Assembly (NCBI GenBank): GCA_023249795.1
Contig: JAHFBU010000001.1
Coordinates: 1-38,499, forward strand
Length of the DNA: 38,499 nt
Origin: Syntrophaceae bacterium
Lineage (GTDB): Bacteria > Desulfobacterota > Syntrophia > Syntrophales > UBA5619
Direction of reading: 5' to 3'
Shown here: piece by piece, positions 1-8,449 of the stretch
Position numbering within the stretch: position 1 is the first letter of the stretch
How the letters are laid out: each line of letters begins with the position of its first letter
Notes under the pieces: model-generated
The model's input: the letters and a program-made list of their open reading frames with translations, nothing else
The model's database searches: none
Told to the model about the DNA's origin: nothing
Program-made: the position numbers and the translations under genes

Positions 1-336
1 TCGGTCGTCACCTTCCCCGAGGGAACCCGCAGCAAGGATGGAACCATCCGGCCGTTCAAACAGGGCCTTTTCCACCTCGCCATCAAGGCGGGGGTTCCCA
101 TCGTGCCCATTTCAATCATCGGGGCCCATGCGATCATGCCAAAACGGAGTTTGAAGATCCGGCCGGGGAAGATCACGATGATCATCGACCAGCCGGTGGA
201 CGTGTCCGGATACACCGTTGAGACGAGGGGGGAGCTGATCGAGAGGGTCCGTGGCGTCATTATCCGGAACTTTGAAAAAGGCAACGCCGACGGCGGTCAA
301 CCTCTTGTAGCGGACAGCGGGAAGGAAGCCCCGTGA
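1..336 (+). CDS. plsC: 1-acyl-sn-glycerol-3-phosphate acyltransferase family protein, C-terminal part (5' end outside window)
   Basis: Frame 1 is open from nt 1 and reads SVVTFPEGTRSKDGTIRPFKQGLFHLAIKAGVPIVPISIIGAH..., carrying the FPEGTRS and hydrophobic-P-I/V-VP acyltransferase motifs. Stop TGA at 334-336. Confidence 0.8.
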   Translation, partial: SVVTFPEGTRSKDGTIRPFKQGLFHLAIKAGVPIVPISIIGAHAIMPKRSLKIRPGKITMIIDQPVDVSGYTVETRGELIERVRGVIIRNFEKGNADGGQPLVADSGKEAP

Positions 337-596
337 CCCTGATAGGAGCAATCATCCTGGGCGTTGTTCAAGGGTTTACGGAGCTCTCCGCAGAAGATCT
401 GCCGCTGCTGGGCGCCGGACTCCTCGCAGCCACTGTGACGGCACTGTTTTCCCCGAAGCTCCTCTTCGTCATGGTCAATAAGATCGGCCTCGCCTCCTTA
501 GCAATGGTATTGCTGCTTTGTCGGATCCACCACCCTGATCATCCGGCGAATAGGATGAAAAGCCGAAACCGGTTTGAGATAAGACATGAACAATAA
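333..596 (+). CDS. Hypothetical small membrane protein; N-terminus resembles the UppP/BacA signature, so possibly an internally deleted uppP remnant
   Basis: GTG start overlaps the plsC stop. The 87-aa hydrophobic product begins ..GAIILGVVQGFTEL, close to the UppP N-terminal AILG(V/I)VEGLTEFLP motif, but lacks the following VSSxGH. The C-terminal helix loosely resembles the UppP C-terminus. It is far too short for a functional UppP. Confidence 0.3.
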   Translation: MTLIGAIILGVVQGFTELSAEDLPLLGAGLLAATVTALFSPKLLFVMVNKIGLASLAMVLLLCRIHHPDHPANRMKSRNRFEIRHEQ

Positions 597-2880
597 ATTG
601 CCTTCTCAAAAACGGGCTGCGGAAATTTCCGGGCTGATCTGCCTCGCCATCGGCCTGTTTCTTATGCTGGCCCTTTTCTCCTATCATCCGGACGATCCTT
701 CTCTGAGAAAATCCTACAGCCCCTGGGAGACTGTCTACACCCATAATCTGATCGGGACCGTCGGATCCTACATAGCCGATACACTGATCTGGATCCTGGG
801 GATCGGGATACTTTGGTTGCCGGCTTTGCTTCTGGTGGCCGCATGTCGGTATTTCCGCGAAACCCTGTTCCGGATCGGGGCGGCCGCAGCGACGGGCATG
901 GCCGGTCTCGTCTTCGCCACATCGGGTCTGGTTGCCCTGCTCATCGGAGAGATCCATATCTACGGCACATCAATGAGCGCGGGCGGGTGGCTGGGGACGA
1001 ATACGGCCAATCTTCTCGACGCCCACCTGCGTCTGGCCGGATCCATGATCCTTCTTGGTCTGATGCTGATCATTGCGCTGATGATCCTGTTCGATTTTTC
1101 CGTCGTTTCCTTTGTGGGGAGATCGGCGGCCGTGGCGGGAAAGACCGCGCGAATGGGAAGGTCCTTGTTTGACTTCTGTAGGGGGAAGTTTAGCAATAAC
1201 AGGAAAGCGCCCACCGCGATCGGTCCGTCTGCGGCGCCTGCCCCAATCATCCTCGAGACCAAGACGGAAACGCTGAAGGAAAAATTAGCAAAGGCGGAAC
1301 AGACCCGCCTCGACTTCGCCGGCCGCTTGAATGGAAAGTTCAAGCTGCCGCCGCTGACCCTGCTGGACCATGTGGAGAGGAAGGATACGCGAATCAAGCG
1401 GGAAACCCTGATCGCCAATTCCCGGATCCTTGAGAAAAAGCTCTCCGACTTCGGGGTGGACGGGAAGGTCATCGAAGTGAGACCAGGTCCGGTTATCACC
1501 ATGTATGAGCTGGAGCCCGCACCGGGCGTCAAGATCAACAAGATCACGAATCTCTCCGACGACCTGGCACTGGCGCTGCGTGCGCCGAGTATCCGCATCA
1601 TCGCCCCCATTCCGAACAAGGGGGCGATTGGCATCGAGATCCCCAATCAAGAGCGTGATCCGGTCCGCCTGCGCGACGTCCTCGACCACGCCACCTTTCG
1701 GGACTCGCCTTCCCGTCTCCCCATCGTCCTCGGCGAGGACATCGTTGGCGTCCCTGTCATCACCGATCTGATCCGCATGCCCCACCTCCTGATCGCCGGG
1801 ACAACGGGCTCGGGTAAAAGCGTCTCCCTCAACGCCATGATCTGCAGCATCCTCTTCAAAGCACCGCCGGACGAGGTCAAATTCATCATGATCGACCCCA
1901 AGCGGCTGGAACTGTCCGGGTATGAGGGAATCCCCCACCTTCTCCATCCGGTTGTCGTCGATCCGAAAAAGGCATCGCTCGTCCTCCGCTGGGCCGTGGA
2001 GGAGATGGAGCGCCGCTACCGGATCATCAGCGGCGTCGGGGTGAAGAGCATCGATGCATACAACCAACTCCGATCGGGGAAGACATCCGCACCACCCCCG
2101 GCGCCGATATGTGACGCGGCAGAAATCCAACCGGAGGTTACGGCGGAACCGATCCCGTCTGTGTTGGGCGAAAGCCCTGTGAGAAAATCGGCCGCAGAGA
2201 CTTTCCTAAAGAACGAACCGCTTCCCGATCGGCTCCCCTACATCGTCATCATCATCGACGAGCTTGCGGACCTGATGATGGTCGCCCAGAGAAATGTCGA
2301 GGAATCGCTGACCCGCCTGGCTCAGATGGCCAGAGCCGCCGGGATCCATCTGATCCTGGCGACTCAGCGCCCATCCGTGGATGTCATCACGGGGATCATC
2401 AAGGCAAACTTCCCTACCCGAATCTCGTTCCAGGTTTCCTCCAAAGTCGACTCGAGGACCATTCTCGATCAAATGGGCGCAGAGAAGCTCCTCGGGGCCG
2501 GGGATATGCTCTTCATCCCTCCCGGCTCTTCCAGGCTGATGCGGATCCACGGTGCCTTTGTCTCAGACCGGGAGATCGAACGGATCGTCGATTTTGTGAA
2601 ACAACAGGGAACGCCCGCCTACGATGAGTCGATAATGGAATATGAGCCGGAGGCGGCCGACGCAGAGAAACAGGATTCGGACTTCGACGAGAAGTACGAT
2701 GAAGCCGTTGCGCTCGTGACGGATCTGGGACATGCGTCGATTTCCCTCGTTCAGCGGCACATGAAGATCGGGTACAACCGGGCGGCCAGGATCATCGAAC
2801 GGATGGAGGCCGAAGGGGTTGTGGGCCCTTCGGATGGCGCCAAGCCACGGAAAGTGCTTGCACGGAAACTCCCGCGTTGA
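586..2880 (+). CDS. ftsK: DNA translocase FtsK
   Basis: 764 aa. N-terminal transmembrane helices, a variable linker, a RecA-like motor with Walker A GTTGSGKS and IIIDELADLMM, and a C-terminal gamma winged-helix (ASISLVQRHMKIGYNRAARIIERME). Confidence 0.95.
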   Translation: MNNKLPSQKRAAEISGLICLAIGLFLMLALFSYHPDDPSLRKSYSPWETVYTHNLIGTVGSYIADTLIWILGIGILWLPALLLVAACRYFRETLFRIGAAAATGMAGLVFATSGLVALLIGEIHIYGTSMSAGGWLGTNTANLLDAHLRLAGSMILLGLMLIIALMILFDFSVVSFVGRSAAVAGKTARMGRSLFDFCRGKFSNNRKAPTAIGPSAAPAPIILETKTETLKEKLAKAEQTRLDFAGRLNGKFKLPPLTLLDHVERKDTRIKRETLIANSRILEKKLSDFGVDGKVIEVRPGPVITMYELEPAPGVKINKITNLSDDLALALRAPSIRIIAPIPNKGAIGIEIPNQERDPVRLRDVLDHATFRDSPSRLPIVLGEDIVGVPVITDLIRMPHLLIAGTTGSGKSVSLNAMICSILFKAPPDEVKFIMIDPKRLELSGYEGIPHLLHPVVVDPKKASLVLRWAVEEMERRYRIISGVGVKSIDAYNQLRSGKTSAPPPAPICDAAEIQPEVTAEPIPSVLGESPVRKSAAETFLKNEPLPDRLPYIVIIIDELADLMMVAQRNVEESLTRLAQMARAAGIHLILATQRPSVDVITGIIKANFPTRISFQVSSKVDSRTILDQMGAEKLLGAGDMLFIPPGSSRLMRIHGAFVSDREIERIVDFVKQQGTPAYDESIMEYEPEAADAEKQDSDFDEKYDEAVALVTDLGHASISLVQRHMKIGYNRAARIIERMEAEGVVGPSDGAKPRKVLARKLPR

Positions 2881-2885
2881 AACGA

Positions 2886-2913
2886 AAGCCCGCCCGGGCT
2901 ACGGCCCGGGCTT
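2886..2913 (+). terminator. GC-rich hairpin downstream of ftsK (possible terminator, no clear T-run)
   Basis: AAGCCCG (2886-2892) pairs with CGGGCTT (2907-2913), and there are internal GCCCGGGC palindromes. It lies in the 58-nt ftsK-rimO spacer. Confidence 0.3.
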
Positions 2914-2938
2914 ATCCGCGATAAGAGGACTTTGAGAA

Positions 2939-4288
2939 ATGTTTGCAAAAAAAGTCCACATCGTCAGCCTCGGCTGTCCAAAGAACCTGGTCGACTCCGA
3001 GGTCATGGCCGGCATCCTCGCCGGGAACGGCTATCGCCTTACGGACCAGCCTGAAGAAGCCAATATCCTGCTCGTCAATACCTGTGCCTTTATCCTTCCG
3101 GCCCGTGAAGAGGCGATCTCGGAAATCCTCCGCATGGCCGCATGGAAGCAGCAGGGCGACGGCCCCTGTTCATTTCTGGTCGTCACCGGTTGTCTCCCCC
3201 AGCGCTATGGGAGGGAACTGGTGGAGGCGCTGCCGGAGGTTGATCTCTTTCTCGGTACCGCGGAGGTTCCGCACATCGGCCTGCATCTCGACAGCCTTTT
3301 ATCCGGTATCGGAAAAAAGCGCCCGCGTTCCGTCGTCGGTCGGCCGGCTTTTCTCATGAACGCCAGCCACAGACGCCTGATCTCCACGCCTGCCGGAAGC
3401 GCCTATATCAAAATCGCCGACGGCTGTTCCAACCGCTGCGCCTACTGTGTGATCCCCTCCATCCGCGGCAAGGCCCGGAGCCGGTCCATCGACGATATCG
3501 TAAATGAGGCGGAGGGGCTTGCCGCACGGGGCATCCGCGAACTGATCGTCACCGCCCAGGATACAACGGCATATGGTCTCGACCGAAAAGAGAAGCCGAC
3601 TCTGAGCGGCCTGCTTCGGGGGCTGGCTGCCGTTGACGGTCTTTCGTGGATTCGTCTTCTCTACACCCACCCGACCCGTCTGACGACGGAGCTTCTCCGG
3701 ACCATCGCCGACGAGAAAAAAATTTGCCGCTACCTGGATATGCCGATCCAGCATTGTGATGATGCGATCCTTGCGGCCATGAACCGGCGGGGGGGCGGCG
3801 TCCTGATCCGGGAAGCCGTTGCGCAGGCGCGCGAGATCATCCCCGGTGTCTCCCTCAGGACAGCACTCATTGTCGGCTTCCCCGGGGAGACCCGCCGCCG
3901 CTTTGAAAACCTTTTGTCATTCGTCCGCGAAATGCGATTCGACCACCTCGGCGTTTTTCCTTATTCCCGCGAGGAGGGGACGGTAGCTGCGGCTCTTCCC
4001 TCCCGAATCTCGGAGCGGGAAAAGGAGCGACGCCGGAACCTCATTATGGAGGAGCAGTCTCTCATCTCCCGGGATATCAACAGCGCCTTTATCGGCACAT
4101 GGCAGGATGTCCTCGTCGAAGGACAGGGCGAACTCTCCGGTTACAACCGCATTGCCCGGTGCCGGCACCAGGCCCCCGAGATCGACGGCATAACCCATCT
4201 CCGGGGAGGAAATCCGGCGCCGGGGACGATGATCACTTGCCGGATCATTGCCGCCGATGATTACGACCTGTTCGCCGAAATCACCTGA
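2939..4288 (+). CDS. rimO: Ribosomal protein S12 methylthiotransferase RimO (radical SAM, MiaB family)
   Basis: 449 aa. N-terminal VHIVSLGCPKNLVDSE, typical of RimO; radical-SAM CSNRCAYC cluster motif; C-terminal TRAM-like region. RBS AAGAGGA lies upstream of the ATG. Confidence 0.9.
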   Translation: MFAKKVHIVSLGCPKNLVDSEVMAGILAGNGYRLTDQPEEANILLVNTCAFILPAREEAISEILRMAAWKQQGDGPCSFLVVTGCLPQRYGRELVEALPEVDLFLGTAEVPHIGLHLDSLLSGIGKKRPRSVVGRPAFLMNASHRRLISTPAGSAYIKIADGCSNRCAYCVIPSIRGKARSRSIDDIVNEAEGLAARGIRELIVTAQDTTAYGLDRKEKPTLSGLLRGLAAVDGLSWIRLLYTHPTRLTTELLRTIADEKKICRYLDMPIQHCDDAILAAMNRRGGGVLIREAVAQAREIIPGVSLRTALIVGFPGETRRRFENLLSFVREMRFDHLGVFPYSREEGTVAAALPSRISEREKERRRNLIMEEQSLISRDINSAFIGTWQDVLVEGQGELSGYNRIARCRHQAPEIDGITHLRGGNPAPGTMITCRIIAADDYDLFAEIT

Positions 4289-4370
4289 TTGCTTCCATCT
4301 TCTTCATGGTGCTCTTGCCGATGTCATCTTCTGTCAGATCTCAATGGCTCTCATTACGGGGTGAGCTTGC

Positions 4371-4411
4371 GAAACCGGGATTTGCCCGCTCACTCTCGGA
4401 TTCCCGCTTTT
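4371..4411 (+). repeat. Copy 1 of a 41-nt direct repeat in the rimO-pdaD spacer
   Basis: GAAACCGGGA-N20-TTCCCGCTTTT. The terminal 10- and 11-mers are identical to copy 2, and about half of the internal positions match by hand alignment. The ends are near-inverted (AAACCGGGA versus TCCCGCTTT). Confidence 0.6.
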
Positions 4412-4524
4412 AGGTGCATGGCCTTCTGTGGGTTTACCGTGCGGGGCAAAGTGCGTTTCTCCGCTCTTACCGATTTCTTCTTTTGTCCGATCAAGATGGA
4501 TTTATCGATGATGGTCAATGTTCA

Positions 4525-4565
4525 GAAACCGGGAATACCATGCTCAGTCTAAGTTTCCCGCTTTT
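4525..4565 (+). repeat. Copy 2 of the 41-nt direct repeat in the rimO-pdaD spacer
   Basis: GAAACCGGGA-N20-TTCCCGCTTTT, 154 nt downstream of copy 1 and of the same length. Confidence 0.6.
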
Positions 4566-4628
4566 GCGTAAACGACCGTCATTGGATTACCGAACGAGGC
4601 GTGGAATGTGTCGGCATGCAAATATTTT

Positions 4629-4657
4629 TTGCATTCCCTGTTGAAGCTTGGTATATT
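4629..4657 (+). promoter_or_regulatory. Candidate sigma70 promoter of pdaD with an overlapping inverted repeat
   Basis: TTGCAT (4629-4634), a 17-nt spacer, then TATATT (4652-4657). The -35 is part of the inverted repeat ATGCAAA-N5-TTTGCAT (4616-4634). Confidence 0.4.
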
Positions 4658-4729
4658 CATTTCAAGGTCTTGTGTGGCCGGGTTTTTGATCCGGCATAAG
4701 GTTCTATAAGAATGTTGAAGAGAGGACCT

Positions 4730-5278
4730 ATGAAAGGTCTCGTTCCAAAGAAGATTTTTTTCACCAAAGGCGTCGGCACCCACAGGGATGAGCTCCACTC
4801 TTTCGAGCGGTCGCTTCGCGATGCGGGGATCGAACGCTGTAACCTGGTACAGGTATCCAGCATCTTCCCCCCCAACTGCAAGATGATCTCCAAAACACAG
4901 GGACTCAAGGAGCTGGTTTCCGGGGCAATCACTTTCTGCGTCATGAGCCGCTGTTGCAGCAATGAACCGAAGCGTCTGCTGGCCGCGTCGGTCGGTTGCG
5001 CCCTTCCTGCCGATCAGCGCTCCTACGGCTACATCAGCGAGCATCACGCCTTCGGTCAGACGGAGAAACAGGCGGGCGATTACGCAGAGGACCTGGCAGC
5101 CGCCATGCTCGCCTCCACTCTGGGAATCGATTTCGACGTCGATGAAAGCTGGGACGCAAAGAAGAAGTTTTTCAAAATCAGTGGAAAGATTGTCCGGACC
5201 CGAAACGTCACACAATCGACCATCGTGAAGAACAGTAGCTACACCACGGTGATCGCGGCGGCGGTCTATATTTTCTGA
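4730..5278 (+). CDS. pdaD: Pyruvoyl-dependent arginine decarboxylase (PdaD); an alternative in-frame ATG is at 4712
   Basis: [48 protein letters not shown] matches the PdaD family, including the VSS self-cleavage site. RBS GAAGAGAGGA ends 4 nt before the ATG at 4730. Confidence 0.88.
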   Translation: MKGLVPKKIFFTKGVGTHRDELHSFERSLRDAGIERCNLVQVSSIFPPNCKMISKTQGLKELVSGAITFCVMSRCCSNEPKRLLAASVGCALPADQRSYGYISEHHAFGQTEKQAGDYAEDLAAAMLASTLGIDFDVDESWDAKKKFFKISGKIVRTRNVTQSTIVKNSSYTTVIAAAVYIF

Positions 5279-5517
5279 CCGGCACACAACGGATGTGTTC
5301 CCTAGGACGTAAGAAAAGGGATTCTATGAAAACGGATCGGCTGGCGAAGAAAGATACCCGGCAAGCAAGCGTCGTACGGTTGCATAATGAGGCCATTTAC
5401 GGAATGTTCATGGACGAAAGACCACCTTGGTGAAGCGAACGATTACGCACGCAGGAGGGCGCGGAAAGGCCGGGCTCAGCGAGGCGGAATCGCATATTTG
5501 AAAAGGAGGAAGCACGT

Positions 5518-5808
5518 ATGGCAACAGGAACGAAGATGCCGGCAAAACCGGTCACTGCTCCGGTAAAGCCGGCAGCGGCTCCGGCAAAGGCAAAAGCGAA
5601 GACGGCAGCCAAGGCCAAACCGGCCGCAAAAGTTGCGAAGAAGGCTCCGGCAAAGGCGGTCGCAAAGAAGGCACCGGCGAAGAAGGCAGTCGCCAAAAAG
5701 GCACCGGCAAAAAAGGCAGTCGCCAAGAAGGCACCGGCGAAGAAGGCAGTTGCCAAGAAGGCACCGGTAAAGAAGGCAGTCGCCAAGAAGGCACCGGCAA
5801 AGAAGTAA
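5518..5808 (+). CDS. Histone H1-like Lys/Ala/Pro-repeat nucleoid protein
   Basis: 96 aa, almost entirely KKAPAKKAVA-type repeats. Strong RBS AAAGGAGGAA lies 6 nt upstream of the ATG, and a hairpin follows. The antisense ORFs over the same DNA are mirror-image low-complexity artefacts. Confidence 0.8.
   Translation: MATGTKMPAKPVTAPVKPAAAPAKAKAKTAAKAKPAAKVAKKAPAKAVAKKAPAKKAVAKKAPAKKAVAKKAPAKKAVAKKAPVKKAVAKKAPAKK
5641..5805 (+). repeat. Tandem 30-bp repeat (about 5.5 units) encoding KKAPAKKAVA
   Basis: Units at 5641, 5671, 5701, 5731 and 5761, plus a partial unit at 5791. The consensus is GCACCGGCGAAGAAGGCAGTCGCCAAGAAG with a few substitutions per unit. Confidence 0.9.
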
Positions 5809-5833
5809 TTTCCTGACCCATCTTAGAAACACA

Positions 5834-5880
5834 TTTGCCGGGAACCCGTTCATCACGACGGATGTGGGGTTCCCGGCAAA
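5834..5880. terminator. Bidirectional hairpin terminator between convergent genes
   Basis: Perfect 14-bp stem: TTTGCCGGGAACCC (5834-5847) pairs with GGGTTCCCGGCAAA (5867-5880), with a 19-nt loop. The T/A-rich ends give short U-runs in both orientations. Confidence 0.6.
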
Positions 5881-5911
5881 TGAGAATCTTTAAAGAGGGG
5901 TCTCTCTTGTC

Positions 5912-7606
5912 CTATTTCACCGTCTGGCCCACGATCCGATAATTGAATTCATAGTTCAGGGCGCCGCTCCAGTCTCTCTGGAAAACCCCTTTGTAACGGG
6001 TCCCGTGCACGGGACCGACAGGCTTGCCGTAAGAGTAGAACCAGTTCACGATCGGGTTCCCGGAAAATCCCAGGGCGATCCAGTAGGCGCCCGGCATCAG
6101 CACGGTATTCTCCCGGCCGAAATCAAAATCCGCCCACCGGTAACCCGGCCGCGAGGAGATGTCCGCAACGCTGACGATGGAACTCGCCGCGATCGGCGGG
6201 CCGGGTTTCCCATCGCGGTCCTCGAAAATATCCACCCAAAGAGACCCTTCCCCCCCGAAGTTGTGCAGGGCGAGGCTTACCTTTTCCACACGGGCCGGTT
6301 TTTGCAGAATCACCACTTGGGCATACTGGGTCAGGTTCGTCGTCACATATTCGGCGGTTTCAACGAGAAAATTTCGGCGCATCTCGAAGGCGTCCCCGCC
6401 GGCGGAGCTGGTTACCCGCGGGAAGGCAAAGTCGACTTCCTCGGGGAACGCGAGGTTACCGTAAACCAGAGGCGTATCGAAACGAAAGGCCCTCTTCTCC
6501 TTCTCTGTGTATGCGGGCAGGGGGGGAGGTGGCTTGATTTCAAGCGGCTGGAACGACGCCCGGACCCGCGGGCTGAGAAGGAGGTTCCGGGGACCGAAGG
6601 TTTCCCTCTCTCCCTGGATTCGGACTTCATCCTTCTGAAAATCGGCGTTCACCGCCTCCTGGAGCGTGGGCTTCGCGGCGGCATTGCGGTCCTGAGTCCA
6701 AGTGAGCAGGCCATCGTTTTTCGTCTCGTTGTTGTCGATACCCACCTCAACACGGATGAAACGGTTGGAGACAAAAAGCACGGAGTTCTGAGGATCGAAC
6801 GGCACCCAACCCAGATCGGGGAACCAGACCTCGATCCAGGAGTGGCGGCCCTGGCCCATCTTGAAGGTCATGACCCCTTGCTGCCAAGCCACATCGAAGG
6901 GTCGATTCAGCGTAATGCCATTGACGATCCGGGTGGGAATGCCGGCCGCCCGAAGAAGGGCGGCGCCCAAGTGGGAGAAATTTTGACAGTTCCCCTTTCC
7001 CGATCCGAGCGCATAAACCGCATCGTATTGCTCGGGGGGGCTGACGTAGGAGACATGATCCACCACCCAGGAGATCAGCCGCTGGACCGCATCGAATTCG
7101 GTGGTGACCCCCTTTGTCAGTTCTGCCGACAGAGACCGGATACGTGAATCATCGGACTGGACCTGCTCCGTCGCCCCGAGATAATCCTGAAGCTCCCGAG
7201 AGACCTTCGCCAGAGGGAAGGGCGCCTTCGTCTCGATGGTTTCGAGTCCCGTCGCGTTAGCCGCAGTGAACGACGTACGGACGTCAATGAGACCCGGAGG
7301 GCTGTTCCAGACAGCGGTTTGAATACGGTTTCCCCGACCGTCCTCACTTTTCCTCTGCTCATCAGGACTGGGCATGAAAGAGATATCGACGTCCCGGATC
7401 TCCTGGCGGAAGGTGGGCGATTCGAAGTTCCGGGGGATCACGAAGCTAAGCGAAGCCTTCCGAACGCCCGTACCTGTCGAAATCGTCTCGCGCATCTCGT
7501 AACGGATCTCCGCGCCCATCCCTCCCCGGACCGTATAGTTCTCCGCCAGGGCCGGAGCCGCTGTGAGAAGGATCAAACATAAAATCATGGCGACTCGTTT
7601 TTCCAT
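5912..7606 (-). CDS. Secreted transglutaminase-like (cysteine protease fold) protein
   Basis: 564 aa. Signal peptide MEKRVAMILCLILLTAAPALA. Transglutaminase core triad context GKGNCQNFSHL (Cys), HSWIEVW (His) and PFDPQN (Asp). RBS GGAGAGGGGAG. Confidence 0.85.
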   Translation of the reverse strand: MEKRVAMILCLILLTAAPALAENYTVRGGMGAEIRYEMRETISTGTGVRKASLSFVIPRNFESPTFRQEIRDVDISFMPSPDEQRKSEDGRGNRIQTAVWNSPPGLIDVRTSFTAANATGLETIETKAPFPLAKVSRELQDYLGATEQVQSDDSRIRSLSAELTKGVTTEFDAVQRLISWVVDHVSYVSPPEQYDAVYALGSGKGNCQNFSHLGAALLRAAGIPTRIVNGITLNRPFDVAWQQGVMTFKMGQGRHSWIEVWFPDLGWVPFDPQNSVLFVSNRFIRVEVGIDNNETKNDGLLTWTQDRNAAAKPTLQEAVNADFQKDEVRIQGERETFGPRNLLLSPRVRASFQPLEIKPPPPLPAYTEKEKRAFRFDTPLVYGNLAFPEEVDFAFPRVTSSAGGDAFEMRRNFLVETAEYVTTNLTQYAQVVILQKPARVEKVSLALHNFGGEGSLWVDIFEDRDGKPGPPIAASSIVSVADISSRPGYRWADFDFGRENTVLMPGAYWIALGFSGNPIVNWFYSYGKPVGPVHGTRYKGVFQRDWSGALNYEFNYRIVGQTVK

Positions 7607-7699
7607 CTCCCCTCTCCTTCGTGCTCGCGGGCAAATAAAATTAATGTTCCTCCGGATTGAGCCGGGGGTAAACCGGAGCAGAAAGCGCCACTTTCTTTC

Positions 7700-8293
7700 T
7701 TACAGCCCCCCCTCCGGCTTGCAGATCACCTCTCTGATCCGGAGATCAAAAAAATGAGAACTGGTCGTCGGTCTGAGGACAAGGGCCGTATCCGCCCCCT
7801 GCCCCGTGCCACCGACTGAAATCACATCCTCGTCGGACCGGACGAGACCGGCGTCCGCCGCCATCAGGGCAATCTCTACGGCGACCTTTGTCCCCTGGCC
7901 GAAGATCCGCAGGGTATATGCCATGATTTCATCGATCTGATAAGTGCCGACCCTGTTCCGCACGCCGCGGCCGACGCCGCCGAACGCATGCGCGCAGGTA
8001 AGCACCTCCACACCCTCCGCCTGGAGTGCTCGTCTATCCTCTTCGCTCAATTCCTGAATATTGGGCTCATAGAATCCCGTCACATGCGTGACGGCTATGA
8101 CCTTCAAGGACGGGTCAAAGCTTCTGCGCACCTCGAACGCCGTCCTGCCGCTGCACGTCGCCACAATGACCCGGTCAATGGAAAGTTCCCTCGCCCGCCG
8201 GACAACGGCCTCGATGACGGCCTCCGTATTGGCGGGGCCGGGCTTCGGAAAATACCGGCAGGGAATCTCGGAAAAAGACGGGGACGCTGTCAT
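7700..8293 (-). CDS. Pyruvate kinase C-terminal (alpha/beta) domain-like protein of unknown function
   Basis: 197 aa starting at MTASPSF; the track ORF extends to 8356, but GGAGG sits 7 nt upstream of the ATG at 8293. The family assignment is from memory of similar about 190-aa proteins annotated this way in anaerobes. Confidence 0.6.
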   Translation of the reverse strand: MTASPSFSEIPCRYFPKPGPANTEAVIEAVVRRARELSIDRVIVATCSGRTAFEVRRSFDPSLKVIAVTHVTGFYEPNIQELSEEDRRALQAEGVEVLTCAHAFGGVGRGVRNRVGTYQIDEIMAYTLRIFGQGTKVAVEIALMAADAGLVRSDEDVISVGGTGQGADTALVLRPTTSSHFFDLRIREVICKPEGGL

Positions 8294-8327
8294 GGTTTCT
8301 GCCTCCGAACAGTGGACAGGTTTTGAA

Positions 8328-8356
8328 ATCATAAATAACGCCGGGATTCTTATCAA
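8328..8356 (-). promoter_or_regulatory. Candidate sigma70 promoter for the 7700-8293 gene
   Basis: The minus strand reads TTGATA (8356-8351), a 17-nt spacer, then TATGAT (8333-8328), about 35 nt upstream of the ATG at 8293. Confidence 0.4.
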
Positions 8357-8449
8357 CGATTATTCGCGATCGAAAATCCTGCAACCATTGACGATCCCCC
8401 AATATCAAGAACATGTGCCGCGCTCGCAAGGATATCGGGGAGAGTGTCC

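Noticed and set aside
4611-4634. Possible sigma54 promoter (GGCATG...TTGCAT) upstream of pdaD
   Set aside because: The GG and GC elements are about 18 nt apart rather than the required 10. The same bases fit a sigma70 -35 element plus a palindrome much better.
5326-5433. 35-codon ORF (MKTDRLAKKDTRQASVVRLHNEAIYGMFMDERPPW) between pdaD and the H1-like gene
   Set aside because: It has only a weak RBS (AAAGGGA) and no recognisable features, and conservation cannot be assessed from this window. I kept it as a note only.
5397-5856. Minus-strand ORFs with FLATAFFAGA or CLLGDCLL repeats
   Set aside because: They are mirror images of the 30-bp tandem repeat. The plus-strand frame has the strong RBS, an ATG and a terminator, and encodes a known type of Lys/Ala nucleoid protein.
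6005-7147. 380-aa plus-strand ORF inside the transglutaminase-like gene, and the 1285-2130 / 960-1646 minus ORFs inside ftsK
   Set aside because: They are antisense to genes with clear conserved motifs, and they lack both an RBS and any family signature.
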